From assembly GCA_013265495.1 (NCBI GenBank), contig MU057632.1, positions 666,054 to 730,053 on the forward strand: a DNA stretch of 64,000 nt, in the 5' to 3' direction. The translations under genes and the position numbers were made by a program. The DNA is from Vicugna vicugna (taxonomy: Eukaryota). Below the pieces are notes generated by a model. That model ran no database searches, had not been told where the DNA came from, and saw only the letters and a program-made list of their open reading frames with translations. Positions within the stretch are counted from its first letter, which is position 1; each line of letters starts with the position of its first letter. This document shows, piece by piece, positions 1 to 13,515 of this stretch.

Positions 1-458
1 ATGTGTCATGCAGGCATCACAAATTCAAAAGTTCCAGAATGAAACCAGTCATTTCCCTTTCAAATCTACTCTTTCTTCTTCGTTTTCTATGTTGATGACT
101 AGTAATGCCATCATCCCATATTCCAAGCTAGAAGAGCCATCCTACTTTACTTTGTTTCCCATATCCAATTATTTATCAAATTTATGCTGTTTCTGACAAA
201 CAAATAAATGCATAGCTTTTCCTTTTAATTTTAATTGTCTCATCTTAGTATGAAACAATTGCTATTTCTCTCACTTTGGAAGGTGGCTACTGAGTTCTTA
301 GCAGGTCACCAACAACTCCAATACATAAGACTCTTAATGGCTGTATCTCTGTTCATTAAACCCGTCTCCAGAGTATGAATGCTTGCTCCAAGTTGGGTCA
401 ATCAGATTTTTTCCTCTAGAAATCTGAATTATCTTTTCTTTTTTTAAAACCTAAATAC

Positions 459-545
459 TTTTTATTGAGTTAAAGGCAGTTTACAATGTAGTGTCAATTT
501 CTGGTGTACAACACAAGTTTTCAGTCATACATGGGTATACATAAT
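459..545 (-). mobile_element. L1 extreme 3' fragment
   Basis: 'ttttattgag...ttacaatgtagtgtcaatttctggtgtaca', the reverse of the L1 3' end seen throughout the window. Confidence 0.7.
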
Positions 546-1747
546 GAATTATCTGTTCTTGAATAGAGGGAGAGAGTGACCAAGACTTAGTGGAACAGAC
601 ATAGATTAATGACATTGGGTAGACTGCCCATGACTTCCACAGCACCCCTGGTTCTGACCCTAGTCTTAGATGTTGAATAAGCCCTTCAGTGAAGTAAGCT
701 CCATCAACACTTTGTGATAAACATCCTTTTCTGTTAATTTTGGCCCATTTGTTTACGTTGCTTGAAACCAAAACATTCTCAAACTATGCCCTGCGGTTTC
801 TAACCTCTGGAGTTGTCTTTCAGAAACACTAGGCTGGTCTTATTTCTCTTTCTAAATTATTGCAGCGATACTCCATTGCCTTGTGTATAAAACTCAAATC
901 CCACAGCTAAGCATGAATGAACATGCAACATCAAGTTCTTCCCTCCTTGTGTTATCTCCCAGCACCTCCCTGTGTGTGCTAGGAATGTCCTGTCCACCCA
1001 CTGTGGTCCTAGGTCCCCTGTGTGCTGCAGGTGCAAAGCCTGGCCAGCCCCACTCCTTGCTTGGTAGTGAGTGCCTGCCTTCCCTGCAAGCACACCCCTC
1101 GCTCACCTCTTCTGACACCTTGGGCGCAGTCAGTGCCCTCTCCTCTCTGCTCCCACAGCACTTTCTACTTGCCTGTGTAAGTGCCTTCTATGCTGCAGTG
1201 GGAGTGTTGGTTTACACACCTGTTGTCTTATGAAGCCGGCAGCTCCTTGATGCACAGACATCTGGCCAGATGTCTGGGAAGGGGGATGATAGTGCATCCG
1301 AGGTGCTCAGAGGGCTGGGGAATTATGGTGGCCCCCTCAGCTTCTCAGGCAGCCTTCAGGGTGAGATGCATCCTGCCAGAAGGGTGCATCATGACAAAAT
1401 ACACTGAAGGAAAATAAAAGAAAGGAATACAACTCTAGAGGTGTTGGCAACTGAAAATATACTTAGGTAGCATGGAAGTAAAGCTCTGTCTGTGTCTGCA
1501 TGGAGATGCAAGAAGCCAAGAGCCCGTGGCCTGAGTGTGGAGGTTGTGAGGAAACTGGGGAGACAGTTTAGGAACAGATGAGAGAGACATTCTCAATGGC
1601 AGAGACAAATGAAAAGCCTTGACCACTTGGACCCACTAATTTCACTTCTGGACACCAGAAGATCTTTCCTGTTCCTGGGTCCATGTGGCTGCCTCATTTG
1701 TAACCATTCCTGAAGTGACTAAAAAAAGAAAATTCCAAATAATCCAC

Positions 1748-2475
1748 AAGTGGAATATAGTTTGGTGCAGCATTATGGAAAACAGTATGGAGAAAAAACT
1801 AAAAATAGACTTGCCATATGATCCAGCAATCCCACTCCTGGGCACATATCTGGAGGGAGCTCTACATTGAAAAGACACATGCACCCCAATGTTCATAGCA
1901 GCACTATTTACAATAGTCAAGATTTGGAAGCAACCTAAATGTCCATTGACAGATGACTGGATAAAGAAGTCGTATATTTATACAATGGAATACTACTCAG
2001 CCATAAAAAAGAATAATGCCATTTGCAGCAATATAGATGGACTTGGAGATTGTCATACTAAGTAAAGTAAGCCAGAAAAGTACTATATGATACCGCTTAT
2101 ATGTGGAATCTAGAAAATTAAAAAAAAAAGGAGAAGACATGAATGAACTTATTTACAAAACAGAAACAGACTCACAGACATAGAAAACAGATTTATGGTT
2201 ACCAGGCGGGAAAGGGGATGGGAAGGGACAAAATGGGAGTTCGAGATTTGTAGGTACTAACTACTATATATATAAAATAGATAACCAACAAGAATTTACT
2301 GTATAGCACAGGGAACTATATTCAGTATCTTGTAGTAACCTATCATGAAAAAGAATATGCAAAGGAATATATGTGTGTATATGTATGACTGAAACATGAT
2401 GCTGTACACCAGAAATTGACACAACATTGAACATTGTAAACTGACTATACTTAAATCAAAAAAAAGGAAAAAAAA
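1748..2475 (+). mobile_element. L1 3' fragment (ORF2 tail + 3' UTR)
   Basis: Encodes the ORF2-like peptide MENSMEKKLKIDLPYDPAIPLLG; shared 3' UTR and A tail. Confidence 0.9.
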
Positions 2476-3484
2476 TTCTCAGTTGACCCCCCCTCCCAAA
2501 AAAAACCCCACAACCCTACAAATGATTTGCAAAACAGTGAGAATAGTTCCTTGGACTTGTGACCTCTGTTGTGTACAACCTGTGAGAGGCTCATCAGGGA
2601 TACTGGGCAGATGAGTGAGTCAGTCAGAGCGGAAATGGGTGTGAGTGTGTGACTTGGAAGCCAAGGAATGAAATTAAAAAGTAAGTTTGGCAAGCACTGA
2701 CATTTTGGACAGCCTTAGAACTTTTTAAATGTTGCCACATTAATAGGCCCTTACGGTTCTACTGCTTTCTTTAATTACCATCTGTTAAGTGAACAGTGAT
2801 GATGAGGTAGAAAAAAAGTTCTCCCAAAGTTTTTGGTATGAAATCTGCTTTGAAGACTCACTCATCTGTGAAAGCTTACTTTACTTTTAATTTTTTGGCT
2901 ATTGCCTTATCTTTCCAGGCCAGCAGCTCTTGGCTTTGGCTTAAACCAATATTCCCAGCTTTATTGTGGTCTCCATAACCACAGTTTTAATGCTCCCTGT
3001 GCTGTTGCAAATGGAAACCTCAGGTCACTCATATCTTGTGGAAATTCTGTGCTACGTTTGATGGGGAAAAAAAGGTGCTTTTAAGAGGCTGGTATGGAGG
3101 TACTCCTATGTTTTTGCGTTTTAAGATCTACCAACAGTGAATCTAGCTCTTTCACAGCACATGGTCACCTTTTTGGACACTTCATAAAGCTGATGATTCC
3201 TTGATTTGACATTATTTTTCTTAGTGATACAATTTATAAAAGATAAATACATTAACATGAAGCAATCATCATTTTTACCACCACTCCACTATAGACAAAT
3301 TAGAAGGAGATATCTGATTCTTTGTTTTTCCCCAGTCTGAGTAATAAACCGAGTAACGGGGTGCATTTGCTATAGAAGATTTGCAAGAGCAGATTTCCAG
3401 TTCATCCTTTGGTGGAAACCTGACCTTGGCAGAGGCAAAAATGTTTTAAATCTGATATAACCAGAGTGCATTTTTTAAAACATT

Positions 3485-3640
3485 TAAAAAATTGACGTAT
3501 AGTTGATTTACAACGTTGTGTTAATTTCTGGTGTACAGCATAGTGATTCAGTTATACATATATTCACACTATTCTTTTTCATTACAGGTTCCTACAAGCC
3601 ATTGAACAGAGTTCCCTGTGCTACACACTAGGACCTTGTT
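3485..3640 (-). mobile_element. L1 3' UTR fragment
   Basis: Reverse of the shared L1 3' end. Confidence 0.8.
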
Positions 3641-4759
3641 AATCAGAGTGTATTAAGTGTTCAGAAGTCACAAGGAAAATTCTCAACACTTTGGGGTTTC
3701 TACATAAAGTGAAAGAGATCAGTCAGCTGCTGAGAGACGAGGTATGAACCAAAGGAACCCCATAAAGACACAGCGTTGTTCCTTAGAACACACCCTCTCT
3801 AAAGGCTGGATTTAGAGCCAACAGCCCGGTCCTCAGTGCTCTCCACCAACCCTGCCGCCTTCTCATTGATGCAGACTTGGCTTCTGCCCCAACCCCAAGT
3901 CTCCCTTGTCCCTAAATATCCAGATACTGCCTGTTTCTGATGGTCCAATTCAATTCTATCTCAACTGCGATGACATCAAGCCTTGATAGTTTCCCTCCAC
4001 CAGATTCATCTCACTAGTTGGTGAATTGTGTGTGACGAGTATTTAGGTACACACAGTGCACTACTGCCCAGGTTGTGCCTGGGTCCACATCTTTATTCCT
4101 ACGTAAATGGTAACTTTCAGCACGGTTCACACTTTTGCAGTGTCCATCCCGAGAAAACCCTGAGCCCATGTCTTGCGCATCCTTGTTACTTGAGCTGCAG
4201 TTTCCCACAGGTCTGCTAAAGAGAAGGGAAGAATACAACCAGGAGATGACCTGGATTAACTAACTGAAATCTCCCTGCAGGAGGAGCTGTTAGCTGCTCA
4301 CGTAATTCATTTGCTGACCGTTGAGTTTGTACCAATCTTCAGGGAGTGTTGACGAGACAGGAAGTGGAGGCAGTGGTGGGAAATCAACAGGGAGGAATTC
4401 TGAGTAGAACACCCTCCCATTAATTCTAGTCACTCTCACTTATGAAAGTTCTCCCTGCCCTAAATGTGAGTGATTAGCTGCTGTATACTCGCTGCCCTAT
4501 GAAAGCACAGCTTCTTCTGACAGTTGACTATGAGTGCATTGAATTTGCAATTTGTTTCTATTTCCGCCCCACTTTTTTAAGCCAAAGTGAATAGGGGTTA
4601 TTATCTCTGTTTCTTGTAACAGTTATTGCTACCATTAATCTCTCCAATAAGTTGTACAGGAAGGCATAAATTTACCCCCAATACCAGATAAGACAGGCAC
4701 TCAAAGAAATATATTAATACTTAACTTTAAAATGATGCAATTTTAAACAGGATTGTATT

Positions 4760-5226
4760 TGTCGACTGAAATAAATGCACGGCCTCAAACTTGAGAGTTA
4801 TGTTTGTTTTGGAGGACAGGAGCCAGGATGACAGCCTCTCAGATGGCTCTGAGGGACTGCTCCCAAGGGGTAGGGGAGGAGCTAGGATATACAGGAGCTT
4901 TACAACAAAGACCAGGTAGTTGGAACGTTAAAAGATTGCTTGTTAACTGAAGAAAACCAGGCACCTCAAGTTAAATAATTTGGTGCTTTTCTATGTATGG
5001 GAGGGAGCAAACATTTGGGCTCATTGAACTCATTCCTTGACAAGCATCTGGCTTTCTAGGGCCAGTGTCCTGTCCTTTCTTATTCTGAGTCCCCTCAGGG
5101 TTGCACCATTTTGAGTGGCTGCAGAGGCCCAGCTTGTCTTCCCTGGGGGGTGGGGGCAGCACTGATGACTTGATGGCTTCAGCATTCTTTGTTTACTGGT
5201 ATGGGTTGCAATATCTTTCATTCACA
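4760..5226 (-). mobile_element. ERV1-type solo LTR (copy A)
   Basis: TG...CA termini; reverse-complement homolog of 5967-6465. Confidence 0.8.
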
Positions 5227-5409
5227 TCAGAAATAGATGAGATGGGGAGAAAAGAGGGGTGTGAGGGGGCACATGACAACTTTCTGTTCTTTCTGCTCAA
5301 TTTTTCTGTAAACCAAAAACTGCTTTAAAAAAAGTTTATTTGAAAAAAAATGGGAGGATGGTTTTTAAAATTTTATTTTATATGCAGTTATATTCTATAA
5401 ATATTTCTT

Positions 5410-5605
5410 CAGACTTAACAGATACAAACTACTATATATAAAAGAGATTAAATAATCAGGACCTACTGTATACCACAGGGAATTATATTCAATATCCAGT
5501 AATAAACTATACTGGAAAAGAATATGAAAAAATACATATATAACTGAATCACTTTGCTGTCCACCAGAAACTAACACAATATTGTAAATCAACTATACTT
5601 CAATT
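5410..5605 (+). mobile_element. L1 3' UTR fragment between the inverted LTRs
   Basis: 'actgaatcactttgctgtccaccagaaactaacacaatattgtaaatcaactatacttcaat'. Confidence 0.85.
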
Positions 5606-5966
5606 CGGAAATAGATCCTTACATAACATTTTGAGAGACTGGTATGTATAGGGAAAAGATTGAGAGTGAATAAATTAATAATGAGAGTAATTCTAGGTTA
5701 CTGAAATTAAGTTCAGATTACCTAACATTTATTAAGCACTTGGTTTATACCAGGCACTGACAGAATGGTTTTACAAGCATTGACATAACGTTTACTTAAC
5801 AAACATCTAATGTATGCCCGCTATATGCTGGGCATTATCTTATTTATTTCTCTTTACAGCTCCATAAAATAAGAGCTCTATTATTCATATTTTCTGATAA
5901 GGAACCTGAGATTTTCAAGCTTAATGAAATTCCCCCTGGGCAGACAATGAGAAAGAGGAAACGCCA

Positions 5967-6465
5967 TATGAACAGAAAAATACTGCAAACCATACCAGTA
6001 AAGAAAGAAGGCTGAAGCCATTAAGTCATCAGCGGCTGCTGCCACCCTCAAGTGAAGACAAGCCTGCAGCCTGGCCTCAGCAGCCACTCACAGTGGTGCA
6101 CCCTGAGGGGACTCAGAATAAGAAAGGACAGGACACTGGCCCTGGATAGCTAGGTGTTTGTCAAAGGAATGAATTCAGTGAGCCCAAATGTTTGCTCCCT
6201 CCCATACATAGAAAAGCACTAAATTCTTGAACTTGAGGTGCCTGGTTTTCTTCAGTTAACAGGCAATCTTTTAGCATTCCAACTACTTGGTCTTTGTTGT
6301 AAAGCTCCTATATATCCTAGCTCCTCCCCCATCTCTTGGGAGCAGTCCCTCAGAGCCATCTGAGAGGCTGTCATCCAGGGCTGGAAGGGGTTTGGGTCCT
6401 CAGAAATGTCCCCCAAATAAAACGTAACTCTCAAGTTTTAGGCTGTGCATTGATTTCATTCGACA
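5967..6465 (+). mobile_element. ERV1-type solo LTR (copy B) with 4-bp TSD
   Basis: Flanked by GCCA on both sides (5963-5966, 6466-6469); AATAAA near the 3' end (~6416-6421); ends in CA. Confidence 0.85.
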
Positions 6466-6646
6466 GCCAGAATTCTGACTTCAGAGTCCAAGCTCCGAGA
6501 ACAGATGCCACCCTGCCTCATCTGATGCCTCAAAGCTGGAATTAGGAAGCTACCTGACCATGCCTAACTTTGTTGTCATCTCTGGAACAAGCAAGGATAC
6601 ACATGAGGTTAAAGCTAAGGAGAGAGACATGAGGATCAAGTCATTC

Positions 6647-7138
6647 TGTTGCCGAAAGATCAGCCCCCGTCCCTGTCAGGCCAAACAACCCAGAGGCCAG
6701 GTCTTAGAAGAAAAGAAGCAGCTTTACTACTTTGCTGGGCAAAGCAGACTCACAGCAGGCGAGTGCCTTCAAAACTGTAAGCCTGTCTTGGGGTTGGGAC
6801 TTAGTGATTATACAGATGAACAGATTGGAGCATGAAAGGTGCTCATGATCAGCAAGAGCCTCTGAGGATACTTCCTCCTAAATCTGCATGAGTCGATGTG
6901 GTACCTGGGACCTCCCGGTGGCCTGGAAGGTCATCAGCCGTGACCTCCTTTATCTGATCAGACTCATCCTCCGGCTGCTAGGGAGGAACCCCGGGGGGTC
7001 TGGCCATTCTCCTGAGCTTACTGTCCCGTGACTCCCTTCCTGGGGAGTCAGGTTTGCCGATCATTCTAAATGCAAGCAGTAAGCATAAAGCCAAGAATTT
7101 GTTAGCCTAAGTGTGGCCACTTTATTAATTCTCCTTCA
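6647..7138 (-). mobile_element. ERV1-type solo LTR of a different family
   Basis: TG...CA termini, ~490 bp. The segment 'gcagctttactactttgctgggcaaagc...cacagcagg' resembles the reverse 3' end of cetartiodactyl ERV LTRs. Confidence 0.6.
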
Positions 7139-7809
7139 GTTTGACTTTAAAAGTCATACAGTTTTGCCACGTTTTGGTAAAATCTTCAAAGTTTCCTTTA
7201 TGTCTCGTTCTTCACTCTACCTTAACTGATGGTTTGCTGATAAAAATATTAAAAATGGGCTCTCTCTATAAAGAGCCCCGACTTAGAACACTTGCCAGTT
7301 TCCGTGGTGTCAATACTTCCACCATCACTGCTGATTTCAAGCTACCAATGTGACACAGGACTGGGGAGAGATACCCACCTTCTTGTAACCTGGCTCCAAC
7401 ACCACTGTCTCTACCCCAGCAGAAGGGGCGCTAAGTAGTTGAGAAGGAAACTGTGTAGGTGTTGAGAGATTTGTGCTCTGTGATATTTTTGGTACTACAT
7501 TGGGCTTATTTTCCTGTCTAGCTGGAAGAATCAATTTCCCCCAGTAGACTTTATGATAGTCCAATCAAAACCTAGCAGGGCTTTGAGTAGTTTCCCGGGT
7601 GATGAGCTGACCCAAAGGTTCTGGAATTGCAAACACTGAGTCTATCCAGCTGCAGAAGCCGGAGGCAGATCTTTGACATAGTTGCTGGGTGATTTTGCTG
7701 AATTAATTCTCCTGCGGGCCAGGGAAGGCCCCTAGCATCTACGAGTCGAGAGGAACATGTAATGAAAATAGAAAATAAAAATCTTCCTAGAAACTCATCT
7801 ATGAAGAGC

Positions 7810-8310
7810 TTGCGATGTACCATCAGCGTTCCCAGGGAGAGGTGACGCTGGGCGAAGTGCCACACTGCCGCTGGCCCCTGCGCTGGCTCCACGCTGCTCC
7901 GCTGGGAGGACCCACCCTCCGCCGCCCCAGGACTCAGCAGCGGGTGGGCGCAGCACGGGACAGCGGGGCATCTCCGGTGACGCCTGGAGGCACGGGCGGC
8001 GCGCTGTGAGCCGCAGGGGACTCAGCAGGGCCCTACCTCCTGCTACCGTGAAAACCGGCCCAGGACAGCGCCGATACCCCCGCGCTACCGTAAGGGAGCC
8101 ACTACGTAAGAAGCCTCCTTACCTCCTCTGCGTGCGAGAGTGGCACCATCAGTCTTGACACCCAAACCGATACTGAGGGCAGGACTGACCCTTCCGTTAA
8201 TGGGACGATCACAGAGCACTAAAAGTAAGGCTTTACTGGTGCATAAAAGAGACCAGAATATCAAGGGAGTTTGTACAATCGCAGATTTGCACGGTTTGCG
8301 CGAGGAAGCT
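7810..8310. promoter_or_regulatory. CpG/GC-rich intergenic patch (CpG-island-like)
   Basis: Visibly dense CpGs (e.g. gcacgggcggcgcgctgtgagccgc) against a CpG-depleted background; no recognisable repeat. Confidence 0.5.
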
Positions 8311-9879
8311 GCCTTCGGTCAAATATAGGAATGGAGTCATTGCATTTAGGGATGAAAATAGTCAAGTACAGTTTGGCTTCAGCTGAATGCGCAGAAGGAT
8401 ATGGGTAGGGTAGAAATGGATGGTGGCCTTTTGCACTGGGTGACGAGTGCCTGTAAGTTCATTAAGGTTTTCTACTTTGGTTCGTTTGAAATTTGCCATC
8501 AGTTTAAAAAGAATCTGGTCCAGTGAACACTTCAGTCTCTCATCCAATTTAAGCTTCTCAATTTGTGCTCTGAAATCTGCAGTAAGGAGCGGAACGTGAT
8601 ATGTTTCTTTCCCATTTTCATATATTTCTCCTTCTCTGTTCAGGCTTCTGGCTGTTCCAGGGCTGTGGAGAGCCGGGTGGAGGTGGGGCATGTGCTCCAT
8701 CTCTGGTTGGCCATTTACAACACCCACCACACCTTCAGCCCCTCAAACCCCAGGCCCCCAGTCTCTTCCTGCCAGGGATGCCTCAGCCCTGGAGGGAGCC
8801 CTCCGGAGCAGGGTCTGTCTCAGTGTGATTCAGGACCACTTTTTTTATGCATTTAATGTGGCTAGAGAGGGACTCAGGACAGGGGTGCCACTTATCCTGC
8901 AGGCGCTGTGTTCTCCGTGCCCGGAGGGAGTCTAGGCTCGTCCCTCAGACCGCCCTGGACTTCCCCAGGCAGGTGATCACTGCCAGTCCTCCCGGCCCCA
9001 CACTCCAGCTAAGCACAGCAACACTTGTAAAATGGGAGGCCGAGGGCTTGCAGATTTCCGCCCCTTATAAACCCAGGAGCTTGTGGGCAGTGTCCTGCTC
9101 TGTTTTCTAAGCCCAAAGGGAATCTCTCTCTCTCTCCTTTTTTTTTTGCAAATACCCTAGAAGTGGAGTGTTGGGTTAATAATGGCCAAATTCTGTGTTG
9201 AATTACCACTTTGCAAATTTTGCCTAAACCCTCTGGCGTCTCCTTTGAGAAGATGTAAACAATTAACACCCTTTCTTTATCAGCTTCCTTCTGGAGCCTC
9301 TGCCAAAATCTTAAAACAACAGGGAAATCACACTTAGCATCCTCCCCACTTGCCTTTGAGATTATTTCAAGGCAATGTTACCCAAGATATTTTAGGAAAA
9401 AAACCCACAAACGTATCACAAAGAGTAACCGGTAGTTTTGTAAAACCTCTTAGGACTTAGTAAAAATCATATTTTGGGTAATAAACATAGGACACTGAGA
9501 AAGCCAACTTGGGCATTTACAGAAAATGGCTCATGATTTGCATTTACAAATTACTGGACTGAAGTGATTTTAAAGGCTGGGATTGGACGAAATCCATGGT
9601 AGTTGGGGAAAGTCTGCCTATGACAACTCCACAGATTACTGTGGAGAAAAATCGAGTTAAACCATGGTATAGGACCCCACTCTTTTCACACCAGATACAG
9701 AAAAAGAAGACAAGAATAAAAAGACTGGAGGGGAAGATGCCAAGGCCCAGCAACTACCTATCAGTGTCCTTGTCCAAAGAGAAGATGCAGGATGTAGAAG
9801 AACAGGGGTACCACAGATGACGAGAGGTCAGCTGACGGAGGTACCTATTTGACATCGCTCTTCTTTAAAAAGGGACTTT

Positions 9880-10055
9880 CTACATAAAACAGATAAACCA
9901 CAAGGTCCTACTGTATAGCACAAGGAATTATATTCAATACCTTGTAATAGACTATAATGAAAAAAGTCTGATAAGAAATATTATATGTATAACTGAATCA
10001 CTATGCTGCACACCTGAAATTAACACAACACTGTAAAATACTGCAATTAAAATAA
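9880..10055 (+). mobile_element. L1 3' UTR fragment
   Basis: Shared L1 3' end. Confidence 0.8.
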
Positions 10056-10248
10056 AGGGACTTTCATGTCAACTTAGATGTAGCCCCTATCTTGTCTTCA
10101 CTAAGAGAAATAGCCTTTTATCTAATGGCTCTTTAGAAATTTGAAGGCATTTGTTACATGAGAACAAAAAGATCTTTCATTCTGCATTTCAGCCGTGAGT
10201 CTTAACCCGCTCAGGTGTGGGGCTGGGGGTGGGGGTGGGGAGTCTTTT

Positions 10249-10267
10249 CAGCGCCATCTGGCGGGTA
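10249..10267 (-). promoter_or_regulatory. CTCF motif
   Basis: Minus strand CCCGCCAGATGGCGCTG matches the CTCF core CCnCnAGrkGGCrs. Confidence 0.65.
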
Positions 10268-12553
10268 GCGCTCACTTCGACTCTGGGGATCAGAGTGTGA
10301 GATGGACCATCTGGCCCACTCTGCCCTCCTGGTGATGGGTTTGAAGGTACTTGGCACACAGGACAGATTTATACGGATGCAGAAACAATAAGGTGAGAAA
10401 TGAGAGACCCTACAGGACCAGCCCTTCTGCTCCAGAGCAGCTGGGGCTGATCCAAGGACCTGGAATGGGGGGATGGGGACAAGCAGCCAACAAAGCCACT
10501 CCAGGAGAAGATCTCTTTTACTGATTAATAATAGTTTTAAAATTGCTGATATGGGTCAGGGCTCACATGTCCTAGGAGAGGGGCTCAGAGGGAGTGAGAG
10601 ACTTGCCATAGGTGCAGCAGGTGGCCAGCATCCTCCTGACCACCCTGGGCACAGGGACCCCACCCCATTCCCAACCTTCCCTATGATGCAGGGCTGCCCC
10701 CAGGAAGGTGATGCCTCTGGGTTAGTCTGGGTTAGTCTGAATCCCTCTGAGTGTCAACACAAGCCAGGAGTGAGCAACAGAGACTCTTCCAGACCAGATG
10801 TCTCTGGCACACTGTCTTGTTTCCTTTGTCTGTCTGTAACTGAATAATTCTTCCTGAGCCCGCTCAGATCACTCTAAGTCCTCAAGCCGGGGTGGAGGAC
10901 AAACCAGGCTAGTCTGTGCTCAGCGACAAGTGACTCCTGACGTTTCCACGTCCCCAGAATGGTCCCAAACTGGGATCTCTCCAGTTTGTTGAGGAATCAA
11001 CTCCAGAAGGACCGGGAATTGAAAATCAGTTCAGGAAGCTTCCATCTCCAGGTAGGAGACTGTTACGGGGACCTCAGTACAGTATGTGTGCCAATGAAAT
11101 GAGAGGGCTGCTAATGGTTTGAACCATGAGGTCCTGAAGGGGGTGATCCTGGGCTTCATGGTCGCTGCTTTGACTTTTGACTCTGCCACCAACCAGGAGC
11201 TCCAGAAGGTCACCTTACCTCTCCAGGGCTTGTAGAAAATGACTGGCTTTTGCCAGTTTCAACAATTTAGGGTTCAATTACATTTAGGGAATTAAAGCCG
11301 ATTTCTGGCACTGCAGTTTTGTTAAGACTGATTTTGACCTAAGCATATGCAGTAACATTCTAACTGCATTTCTGTCTCTGTTTACAACTCCTTTTCCTAA
11401 GCCAGGATGAGTCAGTTTGGTTCAAAGCTAGACAGCCAGGCGTGCTGAGCACATTCAAAACGTACCGCCTGTAAGTGCAGCCTTTCTGGAATTGTCTCCG
11501 GAAAAGCAGCAGGAAATTCAAGCAGGGCTATGGTCTTAATACCTAGGTAAACTGCAGAGACAGAGGCTGCTATGAACTGAATGAGATGAGTGAACATTGG
11601 GGCTGAAATAGATCTGTTCACTAGGGTCCTAGCAACTGAATAGCAGGCAATCTACATCTCCATCCCTGGTACCCAGGCTACCAATAGGTCCTCTTTGGCC
11701 TCCTCTGTGCATTCAGAGGAGGGTGATGCCGCGTGAGGCTGGGAGGGGAGTTTTCTCAAAACCTTCTGGCCATGCGATGCTGAGCAGCAGTGGAGGCCAC
11801 GGCCCCCTCTGCTTTGAACAAGCAGCTCCTCACTGAGGATGGGATCTGGGCATCTGGGCACGGGAGTCCCACTGCTCTCAGCACAGCATGAGACGCTGTC
11901 AGACAGTGGTGACTCAGCCGCCCAGGAGAGGGATCTTGGCAGGTCCAGGACTCGGGAGGTAGCTCTCGTTTTTGGTTGTTTTGTTTTTAATTGCAGACTG
12001 AAAATCTGCCCTTCTATGACTGGCGCTCAGAGATACCTCAGGAAAGCCTGGACCAGGGATGATGAAGAAATGATGGAAATTTGTTTGGAGAGTCCAATGG
12101 TGGTGACTGTGGGGATGGGGGTGGGGAGACTGCCTTCAATATCAGCAGTTCAGTAGATAATAATAATAGTGGAAGGTTGAAATGTAAAATTTTTTAAAAG
12201 TGAACAAATACTGTTCTTACATCTGTAAAACCATAATATCTTTAAGTCACTCCTCTGTAAATAGATTACCTTTTTTGCAGCATGAAACAAACAAACAAAC
12301 AATCAAACAAAATGGGGAGGAACGCATACCCGATCTTGCATAAGCTCTACAGGATGAAAACCAGCTGGCTCCAGAACCGTGGCTGTCAAGGAGCCCTCAG
12401 GAGCCACCCCTGCACTGCACGGGGTGGCTGCTTTCTGAGGATGTTACCAACACGTCTGGTTAAAATGCACGCTGTTGGTGCCATCCGCACTACCGAGGTC
12501 TATGACAGCCAAGGGTGCGAGGAACAGGAGCTGCCCACCAGTTGTGCACTCTT

Positions 12554-13459
12554 CCCCACTCCCTGACCCTTTTCTTAAAATTGAAGTATGGTTGATTTAC
12601 AGTGTTGTGTTGGTTTCTGATACACAGCAAAGTGATTCAGATATATATATATTTCTTTTACATTTTCTTTTCCATTGTAGATTATTTCAAGGTATTGAAA
12701 GTAGTTCCCTATGCTATACAGTAGGGCCTTATTTATCTATTTTATATATAGTTGTGTGTATCTGCTAATCCCAAACTCCTAAATTATCATCCCCCCTTTC
12801 CCCTTTGGTAACCATAAATTTGTTTTGTATGTCTGTGAGCCTGTTTCTGGTTTGTAAATACATTCATTTGTATCTTTTTTTTTTTAAGATTCCACATATA
12901 AGTGATATTATATGGTATTTTTCTTTCTTTGACTTACTTCACTTAGTATGCTAATCTCTAGGTCCATCCAGGTTGCTGCAAATGGCATGATTTCATTCTT
13001 TTTTTTTCTGGCTGAGTAGTCTAAATGTCCATTGACAGATGAATGGATTAAGAAGTTGTGGTATATCATGGATGGACCTAGAGAAAAAGAAATATATCAT
13101 ATGATATCACTCATATGTGGTATCTTAAAAAAAGGGGGGGGAACACTACGAACTTGTCTACAAAACAGAAACAGACTCGCAGACATAGTAAACAATCTTA
13201 TGGTTACTGGGGAAAGGGGGTGGGAGGGGATACATTTGGGAGTTTGAAATTGACAAATGTTAGCCACTATGTATAAAAATAGATTTAAAAGGTTTCTTTT
13301 GTATAGCACAGGGAACTATGTTCAATATCTCGTAATAATCTTTAGGAAAAAATATGAAAATGAATATATGTATGTATATGCATGACTGGGACATTGTGCT
13401 GTACTCCAGAGAGTGACACATTGTCATCGACTGTATTCAGATTAAAAAAAGAAGTTGTA

Positions 13460-13491
<32 letters not shown>

Positions 13492-13515
13492 GCACAATGG
13501 AATACTACTCAGCCA
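12554..13515 (-). mobile_element. 5'-inverted L1 containing a nested L1
   Basis: Minus-strand 3' part ~12575-13020; inverted 5' part 13021-13515; candidate outer TSD tgcactctt at 12545-12553 and 13516-13524. Confidence 0.75.
13067..13448 (+). mobile_element. Nested L1 3' fragment
   Basis: TSD aagaagttgtggtatat (13050-13066) / aagaagttgtaatatat (13449-13465). Confidence 0.8.

Noticed and set aside
4760..6465. DNA transposon with long TIRs, or a complete provirus
   Set aside because: Copy B has its own TSD and LTR features, the spacer contains only L1/MIR debris with no transposase or gag/pol, and proviral LTRs would be direct repeats.
8362..8730. 122-aa ORF next to the CpG-rich patch
   Set aside because: No recognisable homology or exon structure; length is compatible with chance.
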